Origin: Candidatus Humimicrobiaceae bacterium
GTDB lineage: Bacteria > Patescibacteriota > Minisyncoccia > Minisyncoccales > DG-74-1
Length of the DNA: 64,000 bases
Assembly: GCA_035530555.1 (NCBI GenBank)
Contig: DATKUR010000003.1
Span: 19,184 to 83,183 of the forward strand
Direction: 5' to 3'
Of this stretch, positions 27,264-35,731 are shown in pieces. The stretch's first letter is position 1, and each line of letters opens with the position of its first letter. The notes under the pieces were generated by a model that saw only the letters and a list, made by a program, of their open reading frames with translations, was not told the origin of the DNA and made no database searches. A program made the position numbers and the translations under genes.

Positions 27264-28523
27264 TTAGATTTTTTCTATTTGGGCGCCAAGTTTTCTTAAT
27301 TTCTCTTCAATTTTTTCATGACCTCTTTCTATTTGAGAAATGTTTTCAATTGTGTTTTTGCCCCTGGCAATCAAGCTGGCTAAAATCAAAGCAGCTCCTG
27401 ATCTGATGTCCGAGGAGCTGATTTTATTTCCGATTAATTCAGTTTTACCAAAAATCAAAGCCCGGTGAGGATCGGTAATTTCAATGTCAGCCCCCATCTT
27501 TCTTAACTCATGTAAATGCTGGAACCGATTTTCGTACAGAGGATCGTGGACTAATGATTTTCCTTGGGCTTGAGTTAGTAAAACTGATATTTGTGGCTGT
27601 AAATCGGTTGGAAAACCTGGGTAGGGAAGGACCTGGATCTTTGCCGGCTTGAAATCTTTAGAGGGCCTTACTAAAAATTCATCTGCCCTGACTTCAAAGT
27701 TTACTCCGACTTCCTTCATTTTTCCCAGAAAAAAAGTTAAATGATCGGGATTAATGTTTTTTATTTTTCCCTCTCCCCTAGTTATTGCTAAAGCAATAAA
27801 AAAAGTTCCGGCTTCTAATAAATCAGGACATAAAGAAAATTCGGCGCCGGACAACCTTTCTTTACCTTCAATTTCCAAAGTATGAGTGCCGATTCCTTCT
27901 ATTTTTACCCCCATTTTTCTTAAAAACAGCCCTAAATCTTGAACCTGAGGTTCAGCAGCGGCAATCTCAATTTTTGTTTTACCTTGAGCCCGGCTGGCCA
28001 ACATCATGACAATTTCCGTAGCCGTTACGGAGAACTCTTTCAGGGCTATTTTTCCCCCCTCTAATTTTTCTGGCGCTCTAAAATGATAAAAACCGTCTCT
28101 TTCTTCAGCTTGGACTCCAAAACTTTCCAGAGCTTCCAAATGAGTAGCAATCGGTCTTAGGCCAATTTTATCTCCGCCGGGATGTGGCACTTTGAAACTT
28201 TTAAACCTAATAGCCAGCGGGCCAATAAATAATACCGAAACCCGCATTTTCTCAAAAAGATCAACCGGAATTTTTTCCGGGTTAATGTTTTTAGGGTTTA
28301 TTTTTATCTTTCTTTTGTCCAGCCACTCAATTTTTACTCCCATCTCTTTCAGGATTTCAATCTGGTCCAAAACGTCAGAGACTAAAGGCAGATTGTCGAT
28401 AACCGATTCTTCTTCAGTCAGTAAAGCAGCCGCTAAAATCGCGCCGGCTGAATTTTTATAACCAGAAATTTCTACTTCGCCCGAGAGAGGAACACCACCT
28501 TTAATTAAAAACTTGTCCGCCAT
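27264..28523 (-). CDS. murA: UDP-N-acetylglucosamine 1-carboxyvinyltransferase
   Basis: MADKFLIKGGVPLSGEVEISGYKNSAGAILAAALL, over 419 aa. Confidence 0.93.
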   Translation of the reverse strand: MADKFLIKGGVPLSGEVEISGYKNSAGAILAAALLTEEESVIDNLPLVSDVLDQIEILKEMGVKIEWLDKRKIKINPKNINPEKIPVDLFEKMRVSVLFIGPLAIRFKSFKVPHPGGDKIGLRPIATHLEALESFGVQAEERDGFYHFRAPEKLEGGKIALKEFSVTATEIVMMLASRAQGKTKIEIAAAEPQVQDLGLFLRKMGVKIEGIGTHTLEIEGKERLSGAEFSLCPDLLEAGTFFIALAITRGEGKIKNINPDHLTFFLGKMKEVGVNFEVRADEFLVRPSKDFKPAKIQVLPYPGFPTDLQPQISVLLTQAQGKSLVHDPLYENRFQHLHELRKMGADIEITDPHRALIFGKTELIGNKISSSDIRSGAALILASLIARGKNTIENISQIERGHEKIEEKLRKLGAQIEKI

Positions 28524-28568
28524 AGAGTTGCTTTTAGGTTAGTTTTAGTTTACGATAAAAAGAGGCAT

Positions 28569-29564
28569 ATGTCAAAGAAAAAGGAAAAAATTGTGGTTAT
28601 TGGCGGCGGCACCGGTTCTTTTACAGTCCTTTCTGGTTTAAAAAAATATCCGGTTGACATTTCGGCCATTGTTGCCATGACCGACTCGGGAGGCAGTAAT
28701 CGGGTTATACGCGATGAACTGGGTTTGTTGCCGACCAGCGACATAAGACAGTGTCTAGTCGCTTTATCGGAAGATGAAAAAGAACAGTCCCTGAGGAAGC
28801 TTTTTAATTACCGCTTTTCAAGAGGAAATGGATTAAACGGGATGACTTTTGGCAATTTGTTTTTAGCTGCTCTGGCTGATATTTTTGGTTCGCAAATAGA
28901 AGCAATTAAAAAAACAAGCCAAATTCTTAAAATAAAAGGAAAAATTTTACCGGTAACATTGACTGACTCAAACTTGGTGGCTGTTTATGAAAACGGGAAA
29001 AAACTTATTGGAGAGCGTTTTATTGACGAACCGAAACACAGCGGCAAATTGAAAATTAGTAGAGTTTTCTTAAAGCCGAAAGCTGAAATTTATTCTGAGG
29101 CAAAGAGAGCGATTTTGAGCGCAGACCTGGTCGTTATCGGTCCCGGCGACCTCTACACCAGCCTAATCGCCGCTTTATTAACCGAAGGTATGGCAAAGGT
29201 ACTTAAGAAAACTAAAGCTAAGGTGGTCTATGTTATGAATCTGATGACAAGATATGGTCAAACATTTGGCTTTACTGCTAAAGACCATATTCGAGTTTTG
29301 GAGAAATATTTGGGCAGGGGTTGCTTAGACCTTGTTTTAGTTAACACAAAATCTATTCCCAAGAGCGCCTTGGTAAAATACAAGAAAGAGAAGGAGCTTC
29401 CTGTTGTTGACGATCTGGAAAATAGTTATTTTAAAGTAATCAGAAGGGACTTTTTAAGCGAAAAAGAAACAAAGCGCGTCCCGGGAGACATTTTGAAAAG
29501 AAGTCTTATTCGTCACGACTCTAAAAAGATAGCAAAAGTTATCTATAAACTATGCAGGCAGTAA
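28569..29564 (+). CDS. yvcK: YvcK/CofD-family protein (gluconeogenesis factor, UPF0052)
   Basis: [17 protein letters not shown]...AMTDSGGS...[13 protein letters not shown]. Confidence 0.8.
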   Translation: MSKKKEKIVVIGGGTGSFTVLSGLKKYPVDISAIVAMTDSGGSNRVIRDELGLLPTSDIRQCLVALSEDEKEQSLRKLFNYRFSRGNGLNGMTFGNLFLAALADIFGSQIEAIKKTSQILKIKGKILPVTLTDSNLVAVYENGKKLIGERFIDEPKHSGKLKISRVFLKPKAEIYSEAKRAILSADLVVIGPGDLYTSLIAALLTEGMAKVLKKTKAKVVYVMNLMTRYGQTFGFTAKDHIRVLEKYLGRGCLDLVLVNTKSIPKSALVKYKKEKELPVVDDLENSYFKVIRRDFLSEKETKRVPGDILKRSLIRHDSKKIAKVIYKLCRQ

Positions 29565-30835
29565 TTTTAGCAGCCGGTGAAAGTTCTCGCTTTTGGCCAT
29601 TAAATCAAAGGCATAAATCCCTGATTAAAATAATGGGTCGGCCTTTGGTTTGGTACACAATTGAAAGCTTAATAAAAACAAAAATTATTAAAGAGATTAT
29701 TATTGTACAAGATTCTAAGAAAAATATCGAAGGAGAACTTAAAAAGTATGATTTTGGAATAGATATCAAATATGTGGTTCAAGCAAAATCAAGGGGTATG
29801 GGAGACGCTGTTCTTTGCACTAAAGATCTAATTAAAGATTATTTTTTAGTTATAAATCCTTACCATTTTGAGATAGAGGAAGTATTAGGACTAACTTTAT
29901 CCGAGTGTAAATTAAAGAAAAAGAGTATAGAGATGATTCTATTCGGCGTAGAAACAGACAGGCCGTGGAATTATGGTATTTTCGGATTTAATAAAATAAA
30001 TAATTTCTTATATGTGACTAGTATCACCGAGAAACCTGAAAAAGGTAAGGAACTTTCTAATTGTAGGATCGTTGGTATCTATATATTGCCCTTAAACTTT
30101 TTTGAATATTTAAATAGGGTCCCAGAAGGATATTATTCTTTTGAAAACGCAATCAACTTTTATATGACAGAGAATAATAATCAAACGCCCGGCAGACCTA
30201 ATTTAACAATAGCTAAGATTTTAAAAGATAAAACTCCTTCTCTAAAATATCCCTGGGATTTATTGAATATAACCAAGATTTTAATGAATAAATACTTGGA
30301 AGGAAAAATTGAAGATTCAGCTCAAATTTCTAAAAACGTTGTTATTAAAGGAAAGGTTTATGTTGGCAATAATACAAAAATATATGAAGGAGCGGTAATC
30401 AAAGGGCCTTGTTATATCGGAAACAACTGCGTGATTGGTAATAATTCTCTGGTCAGGGAATATACGAATTTAGAGAACAATGTTTTAATCGGCGCTTTAG
30501 CTGAAGTTACCCGCTCAATTTTTCAGGAGGATGTCCATACTCATTCGGGATACCTTGGCGATTCAGTTTTTAGTAAAGGATGCAGAATAGGGGCAGGAAC
30601 TATTACGGCTAATGTCAGAATTGACAGGGGAGAAATAAAATCCGTAGTAAATGGCGAAAAAACCGGCACCGGCTTGAATTCTTTAGGCTGTGTTATGGGC
30701 GAGAACACGAAAACCGGCGTTCATTGTTCCTTTATGCCCGGCGTTTTCATTGGTTCAAATTGCCAAATCAGACCCGGCTCAATCGTTTCTGAAAACATTG
30801 AAGACAATACAGCTTTTTCAATCGAGAAAAAATAA
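29552..30835 (+). CDS. GlmU-like bifunctional sugar-1-phosphate nucleotidylyltransferase/acetyltransferase
   Basis: N-terminal NTP-transferase ([15 protein letters not shown]) and C-terminal left-handed beta-helix hexapeptide repeats. Confidence 0.7.
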   Translation: MQAVILAAGESSRFWPLNQRHKSLIKIMGRPLVWYTIESLIKTKIIKEIIIVQDSKKNIEGELKKYDFGIDIKYVVQAKSRGMGDAVLCTKDLIKDYFLVINPYHFEIEEVLGLTLSECKLKKKSIEMILFGVETDRPWNYGIFGFNKINNFLYVTSITEKPEKGKELSNCRIVGIYILPLNFFEYLNRVPEGYYSFENAINFYMTENNNQTPGRPNLTIAKILKDKTPSLKYPWDLLNITKILMNKYLEGKIEDSAQISKNVVIKGKVYVGNNTKIYEGAVIKGPCYIGNNCVIGNNSLVREYTNLENNVLIGALAEVTRSIFQEDVHTHSGYLGDSVFSKGCRIGAGTITANVRIDRGEIKSVVNGEKTGTGLNSLGCVMGENTKTGVHCSFMPGVFIGSNCQIRPGSIVSENIEDNTAFSIEKK

Positions 30836-30845
30836 GAAATAAACA

Positions 30846-31799
30846 ATGTTAAGAACTAATCAGGAATATGTGATCGGAGTTGACGGCGGAGGTTCAAAAA
30901 CCACAGTCGTTCTAGTAAATTTAAAGAGTCAGATTTTAGTAAGATATCAAGCCGATTCTTCACACCCAAGAAATATCGGCATAAAAAATGCAATAAAGAA
31001 TCTTGCTCAGGCAATTGAGAAAGTTTTGGGCAAAATCAGAGGGGATAAAAAAATCCTCTCCACTTTTTTAGGACTGCCGGCAATGGAAGAGGAATTTAAA
31101 TCTAAGAAAGATATTATTAAAAAAGAACTTTTAAAACATAAAAAAATTCAGTCAATTTTCAAAGGAAAATTAATAATAGGGTCAGACCAACTAGCCGGTT
31201 TTAGATCGGGAGCTGATGAAAAAGATGGGATAGTTTTAATTGGCGGCTCAGGTTGTGCTACCCACGGCTGGCGAAAAAGCCAAGAAGTAAAAGTTGACGC
31301 TTGGGGTTATCTTAGTGAAATGGGTTCGGCTTTTTGGGTTGGTCAGAAAGCACTTCAAGCAATTTGGAGAGAATTAGACGGTCGTGGTCCGAAAACCTTG
31401 ATTACAAAACTGGTTTTTCAAAAATTGAAAATAAAAAATAAAGAAACCCTCATTGAGAAAATTTATTCTAAAAACCCTTTCAAGGTTATTCTCCCGCTCT
31501 CAGTTTTAGTTGATAAAGCGAGTAAAAAAGGAGACAAAATTGCCAAAGATATAATGAGAGAAGCGGGGAAAGAATTAGCTTTATCAGCCAATACGGCAGT
31601 AAGAAAATTAAACTTCCAAAAATTTAAATTCCCGTTAGTTTTAATTGGCAGCATGTTCAAATCGAAGATTGTTTTAGATACGGTAAAAAAAGAAATTAAA
31701 AAAGTTGCCCCAGGGGTTAAATTCATTCGGCCGAAAGCGGAACCGGTAATTGGAGCGGTAAAGTTAGCCATCGAAACTTTAAATAATGATAATGACTAG
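30846..31799 (+). CDS. BadF/BadG/BcrA/BcrD-type ATPase (N-acetylglucosamine kinase-like)
   Basis: VIGVDGGGSKTTVVLVN... ASKHA fold. Confidence 0.7.
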   Translation: MLRTNQEYVIGVDGGGSKTTVVLVNLKSQILVRYQADSSHPRNIGIKNAIKNLAQAIEKVLGKIRGDKKILSTFLGLPAMEEEFKSKKDIIKKELLKHKKIQSIFKGKLIIGSDQLAGFRSGADEKDGIVLIGGSGCATHGWRKSQEVKVDAWGYLSEMGSAFWVGQKALQAIWRELDGRGPKTLITKLVFQKLKIKNKETLIEKIYSKNPFKVILPLSVLVDKASKKGDKIAKDIMREAGKELALSANTAVRKLNFQKFKFPLVLIGSMFKSKIVLDTVKKEIKKVAPGVKFIRPKAEPVIGAVKLAIETLNNDND

Positions 31800-32418
31800 T
31801 CGCATAGCCGAAGAACTAAAAAAAGGGAAAGTTATTATTTGCCCGACCGATACTGTTTATGGGCTGATAGCTGACGCTACCAACGAGAAAGCAGTTGAGA
31901 AAGTTTTCAAAATAAAGAAAAGACCAAGAAATAAAGCCCTACCGATTTTCGTCAAAAATCTAAAAATGGCGAAGAAATTTGCCCAGATAGATAAAAACCA
32001 GGAAAAGTTTTTGAAATCAGTTTGGTTCACCTGTCCAAATTTTAGCAAAGACGCCCAAAAGAAAATGGTGAAAATTGGTCCCAAAAGTTGGGCGGGCAAG
32101 GGAAAGGTCACAGTAATTCTGAAGCCAAAAAGAAAATTTCCAAAAGGAATTGGTAAGCCAAAAAAAGAAATTGGCCTGAGGATCCCCAATTATAAAACCA
32201 TTAATCAATTGTTATCAATCATTAATCGGCCGCTTACTGGAACATCGGCAAACATTTCCGGAAAAGCTGCCTCGACAAAAATTAAAGAAGTTTTAAAACA
32301 ATTCAGAAACCAAAAATATCAGCCAGATTTAGTCGTTTCGGCCGGCAATCTACCAAAAAGCAGGCCTTCTTTAGTAATTGATTTAACAAGAGAGCCTCTA
32401 AAAATTTTAAGAGCCTGA
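31786..32418 (+). CDS. tsaC: L-threonylcarbamoyladenylate synthase TsaC/YrdC
   Basis: IICPTDTVYGLIADATNEKAVEKVFKIKKRP. Confidence 0.85.
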   Translation: MIMTSRIAEELKKGKVIICPTDTVYGLIADATNEKAVEKVFKIKKRPRNKALPIFVKNLKMAKKFAQIDKNQEKFLKSVWFTCPNFSKDAQKKMVKIGPKSWAGKGKVTVILKPKRKFPKGIGKPKKEIGLRIPNYKTINQLLSIINRPLTGTSANISGKAASTKIKEVLKQFRNQKYQPDLVVSAGNLPKSRPSLVIDLTREPLKILRA

Positions 32419-32423
32419 AAACC

Positions 32424-33485
32424 ATGAAAATTCTGGCTATTGATACTTCCTGCGACGACACCTGCGTCGCTTTATTAAAAATTAAAAACAGGAAATTAGA
32501 AATTTTAAGTAACCTAGTTTCGTCGCAGGTAAAATTACACGCAAAGTATGGAGGAGTCTACCCTTCTTTGGCGAAAAGAGAACATCAGAAAAATTTACCA
32601 ATCATTTTTAAAAAAGCCCTTCGGCGGCTTAAGAAAAAACAGTTTGATTTAATTGGTGTTACAATTGGGCCAGGGCTAGAACCTTGCTTGTGGCAGGGAG
32701 TGAATTTCGCCAAAGATTTAGCGAAAAAATTAGGAAAACCCCTGGTTTTGATAAATCACATTGAAGCCCATATACTGGCGAATTGGCTATCGGATTCCAT
32801 GTCCCACATTTCAGATTCTAAATGCTTATTTCCGGCGGTGTCTTTGGTTGTTAGCGGGGGACATACTCAGCTTATTTTAATGAGAGGAGTTGGAAAATAT
32901 AAACTATTAGGCGAAACGAGAGATGATGCAGCCGGAGAATGCTTTGATAAAGTAGCTAAGATTTTAGGGCTAAGTTATCCCGGAGGGCCAGTTATCGACG
33001 CCGAAGCGGCGAAATATCGCAGCCGCTTAAAAGATGATTGTCGAATACCAAAGTATCGGATTGGACTACCTCGACCAATGATTTACCAGAAAAACTATGA
33101 CTTTAGTTTTAGCGGATTGAAAACAGCGGTCTTATATGATTTCAGAAGCCGTTCTCTAAAAATTAGGAAATCTAAAGAATACATTCAAGAAATGGCGGCT
33201 GAAGCCCAGCAGGCGATAATTGATGTATTGATTTCAAAAACCGTCAAGGTGGCTAAAAAATTCCGGTCAAAAACAATAATCCTTGGAGGTGGAGTATCAG
33301 CTAGTCAAGAGCTGAGAAATCGATTCAAAAGTAAATGCTTAACTTCTGGCATTAAACTTCTGGTTCCGTCAAAAAACTTATCTACTGATAATGCCGTTAT
33401 GGTGGCAATAACTAGTTATTGCCACCGAAAAACGGCTACAAAAAATTTGAAAAGAATAAAAGCTGATGCTAATCTAAGAATATGA
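32424..33485 (+). CDS. tsaD: tRNA N6-adenosine threonylcarbamoyltransferase TsaD/Kae1
   Basis: MKILAIDTSCDDTCVALL... Confidence 0.9.
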   Translation: MKILAIDTSCDDTCVALLKIKNRKLEILSNLVSSQVKLHAKYGGVYPSLAKREHQKNLPIIFKKALRRLKKKQFDLIGVTIGPGLEPCLWQGVNFAKDLAKKLGKPLVLINHIEAHILANWLSDSMSHISDSKCLFPAVSLVVSGGHTQLILMRGVGKYKLLGETRDDAAGECFDKVAKILGLSYPGGPVIDAEAAKYRSRLKDDCRIPKYRIGLPRPMIYQKNYDFSFSGLKTAVLYDFRSRSLKIRKSKEYIQEMAAEAQQAIIDVLISKTVKVAKKFRSKTIILGGGVSASQELRNRFKSKCLTSGIKLLVPSKNLSTDNAVMVAITSYCHRKTATKNLKRIKADANLRI

Positions 33486-34723
33486 ACCCTTCTTTAAAAC
33501 AAACAGACTCAAAAACAGCAAAAATTACTGAAAAAGAGAAGAAAAGGCAATCGGAAGGGATGGAATTAATTGCCTCGGAAAATTACGCTTCCAAAGCCGT
33601 AATGGAGGCTTTAGGTTCGGTTTTCACCAATAAATATTCTGAGGGATACCCCGGGAGAAGGTATTACGGTGGCCAACCTTTTACCGATGCCGTGGAAAAT
33701 TTAGCGATTGAACGGGCTAAAAAACTTTTTGGAGCCGAGCACGTCAACGTTCAACCGTTGTCAGGTGCTCCGGCGAATATGATTGTTTACAGCGCCGTTT
33801 TAAAACCGGGAAACAAGGTTTTGGGCATGGATCTTTCTCATGGCGGTCATCTAACTCATGGTCATCCAGTCACTTTAGCAGCTAAAATTTATAAATTCGT
33901 CCGTTACAAAACAAAAGCAAATGGTCTGATTGACTATAAAGAGCTTGAACAAATTGCTGCGAGAGAAAGGCCCAAATTAATGCTGGCCGGTTTTTCTGCT
34001 TATACCAGACAGATGAATTATAAAAAGTTTTGCGATATTGCCAAAAAAGTTAAAGCTATTAGCATGTTTGATATGGCTCATATTGCAGGTCTGATTGCCG
34101 GAAAAGCTCTCCCCAATCCTGTTGCTTATTTTGACATTGTTACAACGACGACTCATAAAACCTTGAGAGGGCCGAGGGGCGGGATGATTTTATGTAAGAA
34201 AAATTTTGCTCAGATTATTGATAAGGCTTGTTTCCCAGGGTTTCAGGGCGGACCCCATATGAATAATATTGCTGCCAAAGCGGTGGCCTTTAAGGAGGCC
34301 TTGCAGCCGTCTTTCAGAAAGTATGTCAAGCAGGTGCTGAGAAATGCTAAAACGTTAGAGAAACAGTTAAGAAAATACGGATTTAAAATAATGTTTGGCG
34401 GTACTGACAACCATATGGTTTTGGTTGATGTTTTTGAGTCAAAAGGAGTTAGCGGGAAAGAAGCCGAGATAGTACTGGATGAGATTGGTATAAGTGTGAA
34501 TAGAAACATGATACCTGATGACCCGAGAAGTCCGGTGGACCCCAGCGGGATCCGCATTGGCGTTCCGGCCGTAACCACCAGGGGGATGAAAGAAAAAGAA
34601 ATAAAACAGATTAGTAAATGGATTAACGAAGCAATTAGAAATTGCAACAACAAAAGAGTTTTGCGGAGATTACACAAAGAAGTTATTAAAATGTGCAGGA
34701 AATTTCCTGTACCCGGAATATGA
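33482..34723 (+). CDS. glyA: serine hydroxymethyltransferase
   Basis: ELIASENYASKAVMEALGSVFTNKYSEGYPGRRYYGG. Confidence 0.95.
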   Translation: MNPSLKQTDSKTAKITEKEKKRQSEGMELIASENYASKAVMEALGSVFTNKYSEGYPGRRYYGGQPFTDAVENLAIERAKKLFGAEHVNVQPLSGAPANMIVYSAVLKPGNKVLGMDLSHGGHLTHGHPVTLAAKIYKFVRYKTKANGLIDYKELEQIAARERPKLMLAGFSAYTRQMNYKKFCDIAKKVKAISMFDMAHIAGLIAGKALPNPVAYFDIVTTTTHKTLRGPRGGMILCKKNFAQIIDKACFPGFQGGPHMNNIAAKAVAFKEALQPSFRKYVKQVLRNAKTLEKQLRKYGFKIMFGGTDNHMVLVDVFESKGVSGKEAEIVLDEIGISVNRNMIPDDPRSPVDPSGIRIGVPAVTTRGMKEKEIKQISKWINEAIRNCNNKRVLRRLHKEVIKMCRKFPVPGI

Positions 34724-35541
34724 TTTTACTAGACGGTAAAAAGCTATCAGAAGAGATTTTAAAAAAAATTAGAAAGAAAATTAAAAGCCGTCATTCAAAA
34801 TTAAGGTTGACGGTGGTTCAGATTGGAGAAAACCCCGTTTCTCAAATTTTCATCAATCAAAAGAAAAAAGCCTGCCAAAAAACAGGTATTAGTTTTAAGT
34901 CGTTTGAATTCCCGTCAAAAATAAAAAAATCAGAATTGAAGAAAGAAATTGAGAAAATTTGCCAAAATTCCAAAAATTCCGGAGTAATTATTCAGCTGCC
35001 TTTGCCCAAAAAATTTTTACCGGAAGACTTTCTTAATTTAATTCCTGAGAGAAAAGATATTGATGTCTTATCAGAAGGTAACTTAGGAAAATTTTATCAA
35101 GGAACTTTGAGAATTTTGCCTCCGACTGTTCAGGGTATTTTATATCTCTTGAAAAAATATAAAATCCGCCTAAAAGGCAAGGATATAGCGATTATCGGAG
35201 CGGGAAGATTGGTCGGCTTTCCATTGGCTGTTCAGCTTTTAAAGGAAAAGGCCACTGTTTCTGTTCTTAATGAGTTTACCCGGGACGCCCAATTTTTTAC
35301 CCAAAAAGCCGATATTTTAATTTCCGGAGTTGGAAAACCTAATTTGATTAAAGAGAATGTAATTAAGAGAGGGGTGATAATTATTGACGCTGGGACGGCC
35401 CTAAGAAAAGGAAAATTAGTTGGCGACGTTGATTTTCAGCGAGTTTCTAAAAAGGCAAGTTATATTACTCCCGTTCCTGGCGGCGTCGGGCCTTTGACCG
35501 TTGCCTGTCTACTTGAAAATTTAGTAAAGTTAGATAAATAA
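34720..35541 (+). CDS. folD: bifunctional methylene-THF dehydrogenase/methenyl-THF cyclohydrolase
   Basis: MILLDGKKLSEEI...VIIQLPLP. The ATG at 34720 overlaps the glyA stop (ATGA). Confidence 0.9.
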   Translation: MILLDGKKLSEEILKKIRKKIKSRHSKLRLTVVQIGENPVSQIFINQKKKACQKTGISFKSFEFPSKIKKSELKKEIEKICQNSKNSGVIIQLPLPKKFLPEDFLNLIPERKDIDVLSEGNLGKFYQGTLRILPPTVQGILYLLKKYKIRLKGKDIAIIGAGRLVGFPLAVQLLKEKATVSVLNEFTRDAQFFTQKADILISGVGKPNLIKENVIKRGVIIIDAGTALRKGKLVGDVDFQRVSKKASYITPVPGGVGPLTVACLLENLVKLDK

Positions 35542-35648
35542 AAAAAAATCCGCCGTGGCGGGATTTTTTATTAAGGCTTCTTTTTCTATCTCACTGCGTA
35601 GTGGTGGCCAAAGAGATAAATCTCTTTTTTCGCTTCGCTACGGTTCGG

Positions 35649-35731
35649 TGGGCGAGGAGAGAATCGAACTCTCACGAGATTGCTCTCATAGGTTTTTGAA
35701 ACCTACGTGTCTACCGTTCCACCACTCGCCC
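35649..35731 (-). tRNA. tRNA-Leu (anticodon CAA), type II with long variable arm
   Basis: The minus strand reads GGGCGAG TG GTG GAACGGTAGA CAC G TAGGT TTCAAAA ACCTA TGAGAGCAATCTCGT GAGAG TTCGATT CTCTC CTCGCCC A. CCA is not encoded. Confidence 0.9.

Noticed and set aside
22589-27270. An integron gene-cassette array with attC sites
   Set aside because: No intI or other recombinase is present, and no attI. The motif (TTCTAAC/GTCTAAC) fits the R'' box RYYYAAC only loosely. Matching R' boxes (GTTRRRY) at the far side of each hairpin are not found. A GTTAGAT near 27263 is within chance expectation. The cassette-like arrangement is reported only as an observation.
34243-34677. 144-aa antisense ORF inside glyA. 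Similar antisense or alternate-frame ORFs are at 46156-46665, 11722-11994, 51466-51846 and 31463-31771.
   Set aside because: They overlap well-supported conserved genes on the opposite strand or in another frame, and their translations are low-complexity. They are artefacts of AT-rich sequence.
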